Counted from the stretch's first letter, positions 20,670 to 30,383 are shown. The stretch is 64,000 bases of DNA from Candidatus Spongiisociaceae bacterium (GCA_965262915.1 OZ253564.1:3712001-3776000), one strand, 5' to 3'. Numbers and translations: made by a program. Notes: generated by a model from the letters alone, not told the origin.

Positions 20670-22493
20670 ATGAAGAAGTTTACAGGCGTCATCGTCTTGA
20701 TGGTCGCCCTGGCGATGATGGCTACGGCCTGCGGCGATGGTGATGCGGCAGCAGATGCGGAAGACGCCGCTGCTGCGGCCCAGGCTCTTGCAGCCCAGGC
20801 TTCCGCTGAGGCTGAGACCCACGCTGCCGAGGCCGCCGAGGCCCAGGCTGCCGCGAACGAAGCTGCCGCGGACGCCGAGGCGGCCCAGGCTGCTCTGGAA
20901 GCGGCCCAGGCTGACCTAGAAGCCACCAAGGCTGCTGCGGCGGCCGGTGACGAGAAGGCCCAGGCGGCCTTGGATGCGGCTCAGATGAAGGCCGACGAAG
21001 CTGCGGCGATGGCCGACGAAGCCGAGATGAAGGCCGACGAAGCCGAGATGAAGGCCGACGAAGCCGAGATGAAGGCCGACGAAGCCGAGATGGCGTTGGC
21101 GGAGTCCATGATGGTGGAGGCGCCCGAGATCCGGACCGCCGAGGTCGCCATGGGTATCTATCCCTGCTGCGCCGACCTCGCCTACTGGCAGATTCCCATC
21201 GAGTTGGGTTGGTGGGACGAGCTGAATATCACCATCACCCCCAACCAGCCTACGTATCACTACTTCACCGCATCCCAGGAAATCGTTCCGTGGTTGCAGC
21301 GTGGTGATGGCGATGTGGCCCAAGCCTGGGTTCCGGGATCGTTCGGAACGCTGGAGACCTTCGGGCAGGATATTCCGCCGATTCACTTCGCGGACATCTA
21401 TGTCGGCTATGCCATCCTCGTGGCTCCCCACAGCGATGCGAAGACCGCCGTGGAGTTCATGGAGGAAGGTATGAGCTTCCCCGATGCGGCTAAGGCGGCA
21501 GTCGAGCAGTTGGTTGGCGCGGAGGTTCACATTCCGCCTCACAGCACCACCCAGTCCCAATACTCGGATGCGTTCTTCGCCTACCTCGATGAGTGGTGGC
21601 AAGACGTGGAAGAGGACATTCCGGCTCTGGACGGCGAAGGCAACCAGTTGGTTCTTCTGAACCGCGACGGGACGCCGGCTCTGGACGACGACGGCAACAC
21701 TCAGCCCATCCGGATCACCACCAACGACTGGCGCAACTACGCCAACCCGGTATACGTAGACGACCCGACCATCGTCCAGCTTTCGGCTGTCGAGGGCCGG
21801 ATCGACTTCGCCATGCCCTATGGCGCCCCGACCCTGGTGCAGATGATGCGCAACGGCTGGGATCCGCTGATCAACTTCGCGATGATGTACGAGCACGACG
21901 CGGTCTCCCAGCAGACGGCGATCGCCTCGGCCACTGTCGGCGGAACCGGACTCTTGGCCCGCCGCGAGTGGGTGGAGGAGAACAAGGATCTGGCTTACCG
22001 GGTCATCTCCGTGGCCAACCGGATCTTCGCCTACCTGGAGGATCCCGACACCCAGCTCGACGCCTGGACGATCGAGGCCAACCTCATCAACGAGAAGCGC
22101 CAGTTGTCCATGGAGCCCGAGGACATCGGCATCATCTGGGACACTATCGACCCGTCCTTCAACTGGGAGGACCAGGAAGCGCTGTGGGACTTGACCATAC
22201 CCAGCTACCACCCGGAGACAGTGTTCAGGACCCAGATCGAGGCGCTGAAGGCCAGGGGCGTCCTGTCTGAGACCTACGACACGCAGGCAGGCTTGGAAGA
22301 GTTCTTGCTGGCCCAGGACCTCTACTACGACCTGAGGGGCATGCAGGAGCGTTCCGACGACCTGTTCGGCAGGGCAATGGAAATGCAGCTCTCCGAGAGC
22401 CAGCAGGCCTTGGTGGATCAGGCGCATGTCTACTACGACCGATACAACTTCTACGATGCTCTCCGCTACCTCGAGGCAGCCCTGATCGGGTAA
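20670..22493 (+). CDS. Solute-binding lipoprotein of a NitT/TauT-type ABC system, with Ala/Glu stalk
   Basis: Lipobox ATAC; ELGWWDELNI resembles the SsuA/NMT1 N-terminus; upstream of matching permeases and ATPase. Confidence 0.75.
   Translation: MKKFTGVIVLMVALAMMATACGDGDAAADAEDAAAAAQALAAQASAEAETHAAEAAEAQAAANEAAADAEAAQAALEAAQADLEATKAAAAAGDEKAQAALDAAQMKADEAAAMADEAEMKADEAEMKADEAEMKADEAEMALAESMMVEAPEIRTAEVAMGIYPCCADLAYWQIPIELGWWDELNITITPNQPTYHYFTASQEIVPWLQRGDGDVAQAWVPGSFGTLETFGQDIPPIHFADIYVGYAILVAPHSDAKTAVEFMEEGMSFPDAAKAAVEQLVGAEVHIPPHSTTQSQYSDAFFAYLDEWWQDVEEDIPALDGEGNQLVLLNRDGTPALDDDGNTQPIRITTNDWRNYANPVYVDDPTIVQLSAVEGRIDFAMPYGAPTLVQMMRNGWDPLINFAMMYEHDAVSQQTAIASATVGGTGLLARREWVEENKDLAYRVISVANRIFAYLEDPDTQLDAWTIEANLINEKRQLSMEPEDIGIIWDTIDPSFNWEDQEALWDLTIPSYHPETVFRTQIEALKARGVLSETYDTQAGLEEFLLAQDLYYDLRGMQERSDDLFGRAMEMQLSESQQALVDQAHVYYDRYNFYDALRYLEAALIG
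21012..21092 (+). repeat. In-frame 21-bp tandem repeat encoding ADEAEMK
   Basis: GCCGACGAAGCCGAGATGAAG x3 exact plus 18 bp; degenerate unit at 20991-21011. Confidence 0.95.
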
Positions 22494-22537
22494 TCTCCGA
22501 GGCGCGACCGTCTGAGTAGAAACAAAACAACCAGTCG

Positions 22538-22575
22538 AACGCGGGGTCGGACAAGCGACCGTCCGGCCCCGCGTT
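22538..22575 (+). terminator. Stem-loop after the SBP gene
   Basis: AACGCGGGGTCGGAC-N8-GTCCGGCCCCGCGTT. Confidence 0.65.
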
Positions 22576-22625
22576 TGGCCTGTAAGGAAACAAGAGACAG
22601 CTAGAAGCCAAGGAACCGATATTCA

Positions 22626-23552
22626 GTGACGATGACCAGCACGGACGTTCTTGACGTGAGGTCTGCGGCAAGGCGCGCCAAAAGGCGCCGACAGATCGCT
22701 TATTTCCTCTACTTGAACCTGGGAATCGTCCTGTTTCTAGGAGTTTGGTGGGCACTCTCCGTAAGGTTCCCCCTGAACTTTCCTTCGCCCTTGAACGCAG
22801 TCCGCCACTTCGCGGACAACTTTATGTCCAGTGAGTGGACCAGGAGGTGGTTCGCCCACGGCAACGCTTGTCCCGGTCTGGCGGAGTCTGGCGAGCCGAT
22901 CCCGTCCTACTGCTCCGGATACGTCCTTCATCTCCTGGTGACGACCCGCAACATTCTCATCGGCGCCACTCTGGGGACGATTCTCGGACTGTCGGCGGGG
23001 CTGGGCAGCCTGGTATTCCCGAAGATCGCCGAGGTGTTCACCCCGGTCGCCTCATTCTTCGGGACGGCCCCGATCTTCATCGCTGCCCCGTTCTTCGTGA
23101 TCTGGTTCGGGGTCAACGTACCCCTCCTGACCACGGTCGGGTTGATCACCTTCTACACCACCCTTCTCATGTACTTCTTCAGCCGCCGGGCGGCGGAGAA
23201 CATCTCGGTGGGAATCGTCGAGTCAGCCCTCACGCTTGGTGGAACCCCCCGCTCCATCTTCCGTTGGGTGTATTTGCGGGGAACCGTGCCGGAGATCGCC
23301 GGAGGCTTCCGGATTGCCTTGGCCGGTGCTTGGGGCCTCGGTGTGTTGGTGGAAGTCTTGGGTATCCAAAGGGGGGGAGGCTTCCTGATCGCAATGTGGA
23401 GGTTCGGCGTTGGCCTCGTAGAGTGGCCGGCCGCGGTCGTCGCTCTAATCACATTCTTTGCGGTGCTGGCCGTGATTGTCGACGGAATTCTGGTAGTGGT
23501 AATCCGCTTCATGACTAGATGGTCCGAGGCTGGCCGCCGGCTAGAGCTGTGA
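22626..23552 (+). CDS. NitT/TauT-type ABC permease
   Basis: FPSP, VESALTLGG EAA loop, multiple TM helices. Confidence 0.88.
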   Translation: MTMTSTDVLDVRSAARRAKRRRQIAYFLYLNLGIVLFLGVWWALSVRFPLNFPSPLNAVRHFADNFMSSEWTRRWFAHGNACPGLAESGEPIPSYCSGYVLHLLVTTRNILIGATLGTILGLSAGLGSLVFPKIAEVFTPVASFFGTAPIFIAAPFFVIWFGVNVPLLTTVGLITFYTTLLMYFFSRRAAENISVGIVESALTLGGTPRSIFRWVYLRGTVPEIAGGFRIALAGAWGLGVLVEVLGIQRGGGFLIAMWRFGVGLVEWPAAVVALITFFAVLAVIVDGILVVVIRFMTRWSEAGRRLEL

Positions 23553-23569
23553 GCAAGGAGGAAACAGCT

Positions 23570-24346
23570 ATGTCAAGAGTCGTCAGCTTCGAGGGTTTGT
23601 GGTGCGTGTTCGAGCACCGGTCCGGCCAACTGGTTCATGCCCTCCAAGATGTAACTTTCGGTGTCGAGAGCGGCGAGTTCGTTTGCGTGGTGGGTCGTTC
23701 AGGACACGGGAAGACCACACTCCTTCGGGTGCTCGCCGGGCTGCAGCCTCCAACGGCCGGCCATGCGAAACTGGGAGACGAAATGGTGACCGGTCCGGGC
23801 GCTGACCGGGCCATGGTCTTCCAGCAGGATACGGTGTTCCCCTGGTTGCACGTCCGGGAGAACGTCGAGTTCGGTCTCCGGGCCATGAACGCGCCGGCCG
23901 ACCAGCGCAACGAGGTTACCGATCACTGGCTGGAGGCGGTTGGGTTGACCGAATTTGCCGACTCCTGGCCCCGGGAACTCTCGGGAGGTATGCGCAAGCG
24001 CGTGGCGTTGGCGTCAGCCATGGCGGTAGGTTCCGATGTGATCCTCATGGACGAGCCCTTCGGATCGCTCGACTACTTCACGCGCCGTAACCTCCACGAT
24101 GTTCTCCTCGATCTGTGGGAAGAGACCAGAAAGACCATCTTCTTCGTCACCCACGATATCGAGGAAGCTCTGATCCTGGCCGATCGGGTGATCCTGCTAG
24201 CAGAAGGAAAGCTGGTGGATGACATTCCGGTCACGCTGCCCCGGCCCCGTGATGAAGACGTGCGTGCCAGTGATGAAGCGGTGAACATCACCAAGGTGAT
24301 CCTGGAGCACCTTGGCATCACCGAAGAGGAAGCGACGCGGGTTTGA
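23570..24346 (+). CDS. NitT/TauT (SsuB-like) ABC ATPase
   Basis: GRSGHGKT, LSGGMRKR, MDEPF, LPRPR. Confidence 0.93.
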   Translation: MSRVVSFEGLWCVFEHRSGQLVHALQDVTFGVESGEFVCVVGRSGHGKTTLLRVLAGLQPPTAGHAKLGDEMVTGPGADRAMVFQQDTVFPWLHVRENVEFGLRAMNAPADQRNEVTDHWLEAVGLTEFADSWPRELSGGMRKRVALASAMAVGSDVILMDEPFGSLDYFTRRNLHDVLLDLWEETRKTIFFVTHDIEEALILADRVILLAEGKLVDDIPVTLPRPRDEDVRASDEAVNITKVILEHLGITEEEATRV

Positions 24347-25563
24347 ACCAGTCACAGTCTCTCCGCAGGCTCTTCTGGATCGGGTGGGTTGTCTGGTTTG
24401 TCCTGAGTGCTGCGTTGCTGGCGCTGCTGCCGAGCAGCCTTGCCTTTGTGACCTGGACCTATGGAGAGCGCGTGTTGTCAGTTACGTGGTCCTTCCTGGT
24501 CTCATGGGTGATTCTGTTCTGGGTTTGGCCGTTCGTCTTTCGCTTCGCCGGCTCCTTGAGAACCCTTACCAAGATAGTTCGAGGAATCCAGGGAACTCCC
24601 AAGCGGCTCTTGAACGCGATGCGCACCAATCCGCTGTTCTTCATAACCTGGGCTGTGCTGCTCGTGGGCTGGCAGGTAGCCTCCTATGTAGCGCCGGCAG
24701 GAACGCTCGAACATCCCCTGGTGCCGGGGTGGGACTATGTCTTCAGGGTGGCGTTGCCAAGAATGGCCGGAGACTGGTACGTACCCGGCGGATTCCCCCT
24801 GCCACGTGTGACTCTACTGTTCGATCAACTTGCGCCTTTCCCCGCAATCCTGGGTGAGGAAGCGAGAACCTGGCCGGCGGTGTTCTTGGCGCTCGCCTTC
24901 CACTCGTTCATGACGCTTTCGAGATTGGTGTTGGGCTTGTCGATCGGGCTCTTGGGCGGTCTCTCCACCGGTCTGGTCATCTCCTACTGGTCTGTCCTGC
25001 GGCAGATCTCTTGGACGTCGATGAACTTCTTGCGGATGATCCCCCTCTTGGCAGCCATTCCCTGGATGCAGGTCGCGTTGGGCGCCACCCTCAGGGGTCT
25101 TACCACTTTCATCGCGTTCGGTGTTTGGGTCGTGCTGGTGGTGGCAACCATGAACTCCGTGGCCAACGTGCCCGACCGGTACATCGAGAGCGCCCGCACT
25201 CTCGGCGCTTCACGCCTACGCACCTATTTCAAGGTGATCATTCCCGGTTCGATGCCCGAACTGCGGACCGCCCTCTTGCTATCCGCCGGCCTGGGGTGGT
25301 CCCTGACGATCGCCGCCGAGTTCCTCGGTTTTCCCACCGGGCTGGGATATATGGCTTCCATAGCGGTGCAGGAAACCAATACCGCCCGGCTAGTCATCGT
25401 GGCCATCGTGGTTGCTGTTTACTCTCTCCTGACTTTCTTCTTCCTCAACGAGATGTTCAAGAAGCTCGTGAGTTGGATGCCGCAGCGAACCGGCCAGACC
25501 GACATCTCGAAGATAGCCGGAGCAGCCGGAGCAGCCCGCGCCGAAACCATCCACGAGGTCTAG
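24343..25563 (+). CDS. NitT/TauT-type ABC permease with extra N-terminal TM helices
   Basis: IESARTLGAS, GLGY motifs. Confidence 0.88.
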   Translation: MNQSQSLRRLFWIGWVVWFVLSAALLALLPSSLAFVTWTYGERVLSVTWSFLVSWVILFWVWPFVFRFAGSLRTLTKIVRGIQGTPKRLLNAMRTNPLFFITWAVLLVGWQVASYVAPAGTLEHPLVPGWDYVFRVALPRMAGDWYVPGGFPLPRVTLLFDQLAPFPAILGEEARTWPAVFLALAFHSFMTLSRLVLGLSIGLLGGLSTGLVISYWSVLRQISWTSMNFLRMIPLLAAIPWMQVALGATLRGLTTFIAFGVWVVLVVATMNSVANVPDRYIESARTLGASRLRTYFKVIIPGSMPELRTALLLSAGLGWSLTIAAEFLGFPTGLGYMASIAVQETNTARLVIVAIVVAVYSLLTFFFLNEMFKKLVSWMPQRTGQTDISKIAGAAGAARAETIHEV

Positions 25564-25673
25564 GAGGGTGCTGAGCAACGATTCCTGCGGGGTTCGTTGC
25601 TTGGTAACCTACCTGGTCTGAGAGTTGCCGGCTACCGTGCGAACCCCTTTGCACGGGGTTTCCCAGAATCCTC
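25564..25673. mobile_element. MITE family B, copy 2 (110 bp)
   Basis: GAGGGTGCTGAGCAAC / GTTTCCCAGAATCCTC (12/16 match); CTAG on both sides, the left one containing the permease stop. Confidence 0.7.
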
Positions 25674-25767
25674 CTAGAGCCACTGCTGGATCCGGACCCA
25701 TGACGGGCGGCTCGTCCGGAACACCGGTCTGTTTCCCGCCTGCGACCACCACGGCTGGTAGGCACGG

Positions 25768-26682
25768 GTGTTCCTAGGAACTGTATTCGGTCTGGTCACC
25801 GCGTTGACCCTGGGGGTCAACAATCTGCTGACCGCGGTGGTGGCCCGTCGGTTCGGCGTGCTGCGCTCCACCACCGTCACCCTGACTATTGCCTTTGTGG
25901 TGATGATCGCTTGGGCGATGGTCATCGGTGTGCCCTACGAGATCACGACCGACCAGATCATCTTGCTGGGATTACTCGGTGCCGCAGCAGCCACATCCTT
26001 CCTGGGAAGCTACATGGCCCTACGCCTCGGTCCCGTGTCGGTGGTGAGTCCCATCTCGGCCCTATCCGGCGCCGTTACCGTGCTCTACTCCTACTGGCTG
26101 CTCGCAGAGAGACCGACCGCAGTGCAGTGGATCGGTATTCCCATCGCCGCCCTTGGAGCGGTCCTGGCGTCGCTAGTCATCGAAAAAGGCACCAAAATCC
26201 GGCTGGTCACATGGGGTCCGGTCTTCGCCATGATCGCAGTGCTGGTGGGATCGCTCTCCAATGCCGGTCTGAAAATCCCGATCCGTGACGGACTCGACTC
26301 CAACTGGACCATCATCACGCAGCGCTTCTACACCGTTGCCTACATAGCGCTGCTGTTCGTGATCATCGCCCGCATTACCCAGAACCGACACCGGGAAGGA
26401 AAAACTTCTCGATTGGAGGACTGGGACAAGAGGCAGTCGAAGATCACCTGGCGGAACGGTTGGCTGCTGGGAGTGGTCGGGATAATCGACGCCGTGTCTT
26501 TCGTGACGTTCGGATACGGCTTGGCCTATGCCCCGGCCTGGCTGATCGGGATCCTCTCCCAGAGCGGCCGGGTGATAGCTGTGGTCGGCGGCGTGATCTT
26601 CTTCCACGAACGTCTCCACCACCTGCAGTGGGCCGGGGTGGGACTGGTCGCAGTCGGCCTGGTCATGTCCATCGCTGGCTAG
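25768..26682 (+). CDS. DMT/EamA family transporter
   Basis: About 10 TM helices, GPVSVVSPI, LAERP, FHERL. Confidence 0.88.
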   Translation: MFLGTVFGLVTALTLGVNNLLTAVVARRFGVLRSTTVTLTIAFVVMIAWAMVIGVPYEITTDQIILLGLLGAAAATSFLGSYMALRLGPVSVVSPISALSGAVTVLYSYWLLAERPTAVQWIGIPIAALGAVLASLVIEKGTKIRLVTWGPVFAMIAVLVGSLSNAGLKIPIRDGLDSNWTIITQRFYTVAYIALLFVIIARITQNRHREGKTSRLEDWDKRQSKITWRNGWLLGVVGIIDAVSFVTFGYGLAYAPAWLIGILSQSGRVIAVVGGVIFFHERLHHLQWAGVGLVAVGLVMSIAG

Positions 26683-26768
26683 CGGCGGGGCCCATGAGCT
26701 TGCTGAACCATATATAATAGCGTACAATGATATAGAATCATGCCAGATTCGAGGATATTGAGGATACG

Positions 26769-27233
26769 ATGCAGACGTTCACGTACCAGGATGCTGCCCG
26801 GCAGCTGCTGACCCAGGGCTTCGAGGAACTGGCCGAGGGCGACTCCCGACAGGCATCGGAAAAAGGCTGGGGCGCCGCCGCGCAAATGATCAAGGCCGTC
26901 GCTTCCGATCGCGGTTGGAAGCACGACAGCCACGCCGCCCTTTATGCGGTCATCGACCGGCTGGTGAAGGAAACCGGCGACGATGACATCCGCAACCGGT
27001 TCAGTACAGCGAACGCCCTTCACCAGAACTTCTACGAAAACTGGGGTAGTACCGACTACGTGGCCGGAGGGCTGGCAGACGTACGTGAGTTGCTGGACAA
27101 GCTGGAACCGCTGCTGGAGAGAGATCCAGTTTCTCCCATACCCACCCACAATCGGCGGCGGTCACCTCCAACACGCCACTGCACGAATCCTTTGAAGGCC
27201 CACACCAGGCTCGGTACCTACCAAGTTCGATGA
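26769..27233 (+). CDS. PaREP1 family (HEPN-like) protein, copy 1, with C-terminal read-through extension
   Basis: GD.RQASEK.WGAA...KA and LHQNFYE; AGA where copies 3 and 4 have TGA. Confidence 0.85.
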   Translation: MQTFTYQDAARQLLTQGFEELAEGDSRQASEKGWGAAAQMIKAVASDRGWKHDSHAALYAVIDRLVKETGDDDIRNRFSTANALHQNFYENWGSTDYVAGGLADVRELLDKLEPLLERDPVSPIPTHNRRRSPPTRHCTNPLKAHTRLGTYQVR

Positions 27234-27300
27234 TCGTCAACGCGGCAGGGTGTTATCCGTTGCCTTGCCAAAGCATGTTACAACATTATATAATGATGTC

Positions 27301-27336
27301 GAAAGACGATAACGGTCAGAAAGACGATAACGGTCA
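27301..27336. repeat. Exact 18-bp tandem duplication just upstream of the PaREP1 copy 2 RBS
   Basis: GAAAGACGATAACGGTCA x2. Confidence 0.9.
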
Positions 27337-27345
27337 GGAGGTAGG

Positions 27346-27732
27346 ATGCAGACGTTGACGTACCAGGATGCTGCCCGGCAGCTGCTGACCCAGGGCTTCG
27401 AGGAGCTAGCCGGGGGCGACTCCCGGCAGGCATCGGAAAAAGGCTGGGGCGCCGCCGCGCAGATGATCAAGGCCATTGCTTCCAACCGCGGTTGGAAGCA
27501 CGACAGCCACGCCGCCCTCTACGCCGTCATCGACCGGCTCGTCAAGGAGACCGCCGATGATGGCATCCACGTCGGGTTTGGCATAGCCAACAGCCTTCAC
27601 CAGAACTTCTACGAAAACTGGGGTAGTACCGACTACGTGGCTAGAGGGTTGGTACACGTGAGGGATCTCCTGAACAGGCTGGAACCGTTGCTGGATCTGA
27701 GTGGGAGTCAGCACAAGCAGCGCTCGGGATAG
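27346..27732 (+). CDS. PaREP1 family protein, copy 2
   Basis: Same motifs; RBS AGGAGG. Confidence 0.85.
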   Translation: MQTLTYQDAARQLLTQGFEELAGGDSRQASEKGWGAAAQMIKAIASNRGWKHDSHAALYAVIDRLVKETADDGIHVGFGIANSLHQNFYENWGSTDYVARGLVHVRDLLNRLEPLLDLSGSQHKQRSG

Positions 27733-27742
27733 GGAACGTACG

Positions 27743-28096
27743 ATGCAGACGTTGACGTACCAGGATGCAGCCCGGCAGTTGCTGGCCCAAAGCTTCGAGG
27801 AGCTAGCCGAGGGCGACTCCCGCCAGGCATCCGAGAAGGGCTGGGACGCAGCCGCGAAAATGGTCAAGGCCGTCGCCTCCATCCGCGGTTGGAAGCATGA
27901 CGGCCACGCTGCCCTTTTCGCTGTCATCAGCCGGTTGGTGAAGGAGACCGGCGACGACGACATCCGCCGCTGGTTCGGTATGGCCGTCGCCCTTCACCAG
28001 AACTCCTGCGAGAACTGGGGTAGCGCCGACTACGTGGCTGCAGGGCTGGCATGCGTGCGTGATCTGCTGAGCAAACTCGAACCTTTGCTGGAGTGA
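27743..28096 (+). CDS. PaREP1 family protein, copy 3 (degenerate motif LHQNSCE)
   Basis: Close paralog of its neighbours. Confidence 0.8.
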   Translation: MQTLTYQDAARQLLAQSFEELAEGDSRQASEKGWDAAAKMVKAVASIRGWKHDGHAALFAVISRLVKETGDDDIRRWFGMAVALHQNSCENWGSADYVAAGLACVRDLLSKLEPLLE

Positions 28097-28147
28097 GACG
28101 AGTGCTTCTCCGACGCCCGCCCCCAACCACGGTTCACAACTGACCTG

Positions 28148-28501
28148 ATGCGAACGTTAACGTACCGGGATGCCGCCTGGCAGTTGCTGGCCCAGGGCTT
28201 CGAGGAGTTGGCCGAGGGCGACTCCCGGCAGGCATCCGAGAAGGGATGGGGCGCCGCCGCCCAGATGATCAAGGCCGTCGCATCCGGCCGCGGTTGGAAG
28301 CATGACAGCCACGCTGCCCTTTACGCTGTCATCGACCGGCTGGCAAAGGAGACCGGCGGCGACGACATCCGCCACCGGTTCGGTATCGCCAACGTCCTTC
28401 ACCAGAACTTCTACGAGAACTGGGTTGACACCGACTACGTGGCCAAAGGGCTGGCAGACGTACGGGAACTGCTGAACAGACTGGAACCGTTGCTGGAGTG
28501 A
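28148..28501 (+). CDS. PaREP1 family protein, copy 4
   Basis: QASEKGWGAA, LHQNFYE. Confidence 0.85.
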   Translation: MRTLTYRDAAWQLLAQGFEELAEGDSRQASEKGWGAAAQMIKAVASGRGWKHDSHAALYAVIDRLAKETGGDDIRHRFGIANVLHQNFYENWVDTDYVAKGLADVRELLNRLEPLLE

Positions 28502-28654
28502 GAGGAAAGCTTCTCCAACGCCTACCACCCGATCTAACCATGCGGTATTCCATACATTCCTCGACCCGGTCTACGCGGCGGTACGGGTGCTCAACCGTGC
28601 GTGTGATCGCGGAGTACCTTCCCGATCGTACGGTCGCTCTGGACGGTGCGCAAT

Positions 28655-29510
28655 GCCGAGTCAACTCGCGGACGACCAAGCCGAGGGTGTAGGCCGCTAT
28701 TCGAGCGTCCAGACCGACGCCGGTGAGAACCACAGTCGAAGCAGGAGGAGCGAGGTCCAATGCTTCTGCTACTGCGGATGAATCTCCGGTTACCTCGATG
28801 ATGGCGTCGGGCCCGTTTCTCCACCCTGCTTCCGCCAGGACGTCCCCAAGCTCATCGGGACCGGCGACTACCCGCTCTCCCATGACTCCGCCCAGCGCTC
28901 TCCGGGCCGGCTGTGGCTCGGAAAGCGCTACCGTGAGACCGGCAAGGGCACCGACCAGGACGGTAAGCAATCCGGCCGGTCCGCCCCCTAGCACCAGCAG
29001 ATGTTGTCCGGCCGTGAGGCCACTGAGCCCTACGAAGTGGAGGGCGCAGGCGAGGGGCTCCACAAAGATCGCCTCTCCCGCAGCAAGACCGTCCGGGAGC
29101 CTTGTGGTTCACCACGCCGGAGCAGTGAACAGGTCAGCGAAGCATCCGTCCCGAGTGATCCCCATGTGTCGGCTGTTGAGACAGACGTTGGGAAGACCGC
29201 GGACGCAAGAAGTGCAAGCACGACACGGAAACAGCGGTTCGACCACGACTCGGTCTCCCTCGCTAGGCACGGATGCACCGTAGGCATTCCATCCGTTGCC
29301 CGGCCCGACGGCAACGACCTCCGCCACGGTCTCGCGGCCGAGGACGATGGGAAGTGTCGGATCTGACACCCCCTCCAAGTAGACGTGAACATCCGTGGAG
29401 CAGACTCCGCTGACGATCGGGCGGAGAAGGAACTCTGCCTGGCCGGGAAGAGGATCAGGCAGATCGACGACACTGCCCGATCCGACGTCGGTCATCTGAA
29501 AGGCTTTCAT
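28655..29510 (-). pseudogene. Zn-dependent (Tdh/sorbitol DH-like) dehydrogenase pseudogene
   Basis: GVCSTDVH, GRE in place of GHE, CxxCxxC..C; in-frame TGA at 29109-29111; similarity is lost after VVRELT. Confidence 0.85.
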
Positions 29511-29543
29511 GAGGTGACCTTCCTTTCGACGAAGCCTCGACGG

Positions 29544-30383
29544 TTACGTTTCTGGGAAGTTGTACTGGAAGACTCCTCCGGTGCGGATCATCTCGGCGGC
29601 GATTCCGTCCGCGTGCTGGATGAAGCGGTTCAGCATGGCGTTGACCTGATCCGGGACATCTTGGAGAGCCTTATGTCCGGCTCCCACCGGCTTGCCGACC
29701 ACCACCTGGGGGCACAACTCTCGAAGCAGGTCCAGATCAAGATGGGGCTGGCCGCAATCGATGTAGAGGTAGGGACATTCGACTTTGGAGACCACCGGCC
29801 CCGCGTCGAAAGCCATCATGCCGGCCCAGCCGTTGAGGATCACATGGTCGGGAACCTCGGCGAGCCGATCAGCAATGGTGGCCACTCGCGACGGGTCGTC
29901 GGTGGGCAGGTAGGAGGCCATCAGGAACATGCGCAGCGTCTCCCGATAGTCTTGATCCGCGGTCATCAGGTGGTCAAACGGTCCGTGATGGCGCTGGTGC
30001 CATCCGGGTATATTGCTCGGCGAATCCAGGCTGGCGATAGCCCCCACCAGCTCGGGGTGGCGGGCGGCGGTCGAGATGATCACCTGCCCACCCATGCTCT
30101 GACCCACGAGAACCGGCTTCTCGAGGCCCAGGTGGCGGATCAAGGCTGCCACATCGTCGGCATGACCTTCCATCGTATAGATCTCGTCGGGCTTGTCGCT
30201 GTCACCGTGACCACGCAGATCGACCGCGACACACCGATGGTTGGGAGCGAAATACTCTTCCTGGAAACCGAAACCCCCACGGTTTCCGAATCCGCCGTGG
30301 ATGAAGACGATGGCCGGGTCGCCGGTCCCTAGTTGGTGATGGGCGATGCGTACGCCGTCGGATGTGGTGAAGAATTCAGTCAT
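29544..30383 (-). CDS. Alpha/beta hydrolase, tandem copy
   Basis: HGG, DLRGHGDS, GQSMGG, GAGH. Confidence 0.92.
   Translation of the reverse strand: MTEFFTTSDGVRIAHHQLGTGDPAIVFIHGGFGNRGGFGFQEEYFAPNHRCVAVDLRGHGDSDKPDEIYTMEGHADDVAALIRHLGLEKPVLVGQSMGGQVIISTAARHPELVGAIASLDSPSNIPGWHQRHHGPFDHLMTADQDYRETLRMFLMASYLPTDDPSRVATIADRLAEVPDHVILNGWAGMMAFDAGPVVSKVECPYLYIDCGQPHLDLDLLRELCPQVVVGKPVGAGHKALQDVPDQVNAMLNRFIQHADGIAAEMIRTGGVFQYNFPET

Noticed and set aside
20916-22427. Long antisense ORFs (also 44291-45733 and 59186-60601)
   Set aside because: They mirror well-supported genes on the other strand and carry no motifs of their own.
26769-28501. DGR template/variable repeat explanation for the PaREP1 copies
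   Set aside because: Differences are not adenine-specific, all copies are full ORFs, and there is no reverse transcriptase in the window.
29109-29111. In-frame TGA in the Zn dehydrogenase as selenocysteine or recoding
   Set aside because: It is not a Cys-equivalent position (probably CGA to TGA), and the gene also has GHE changed to GRE and a 3' truncation.
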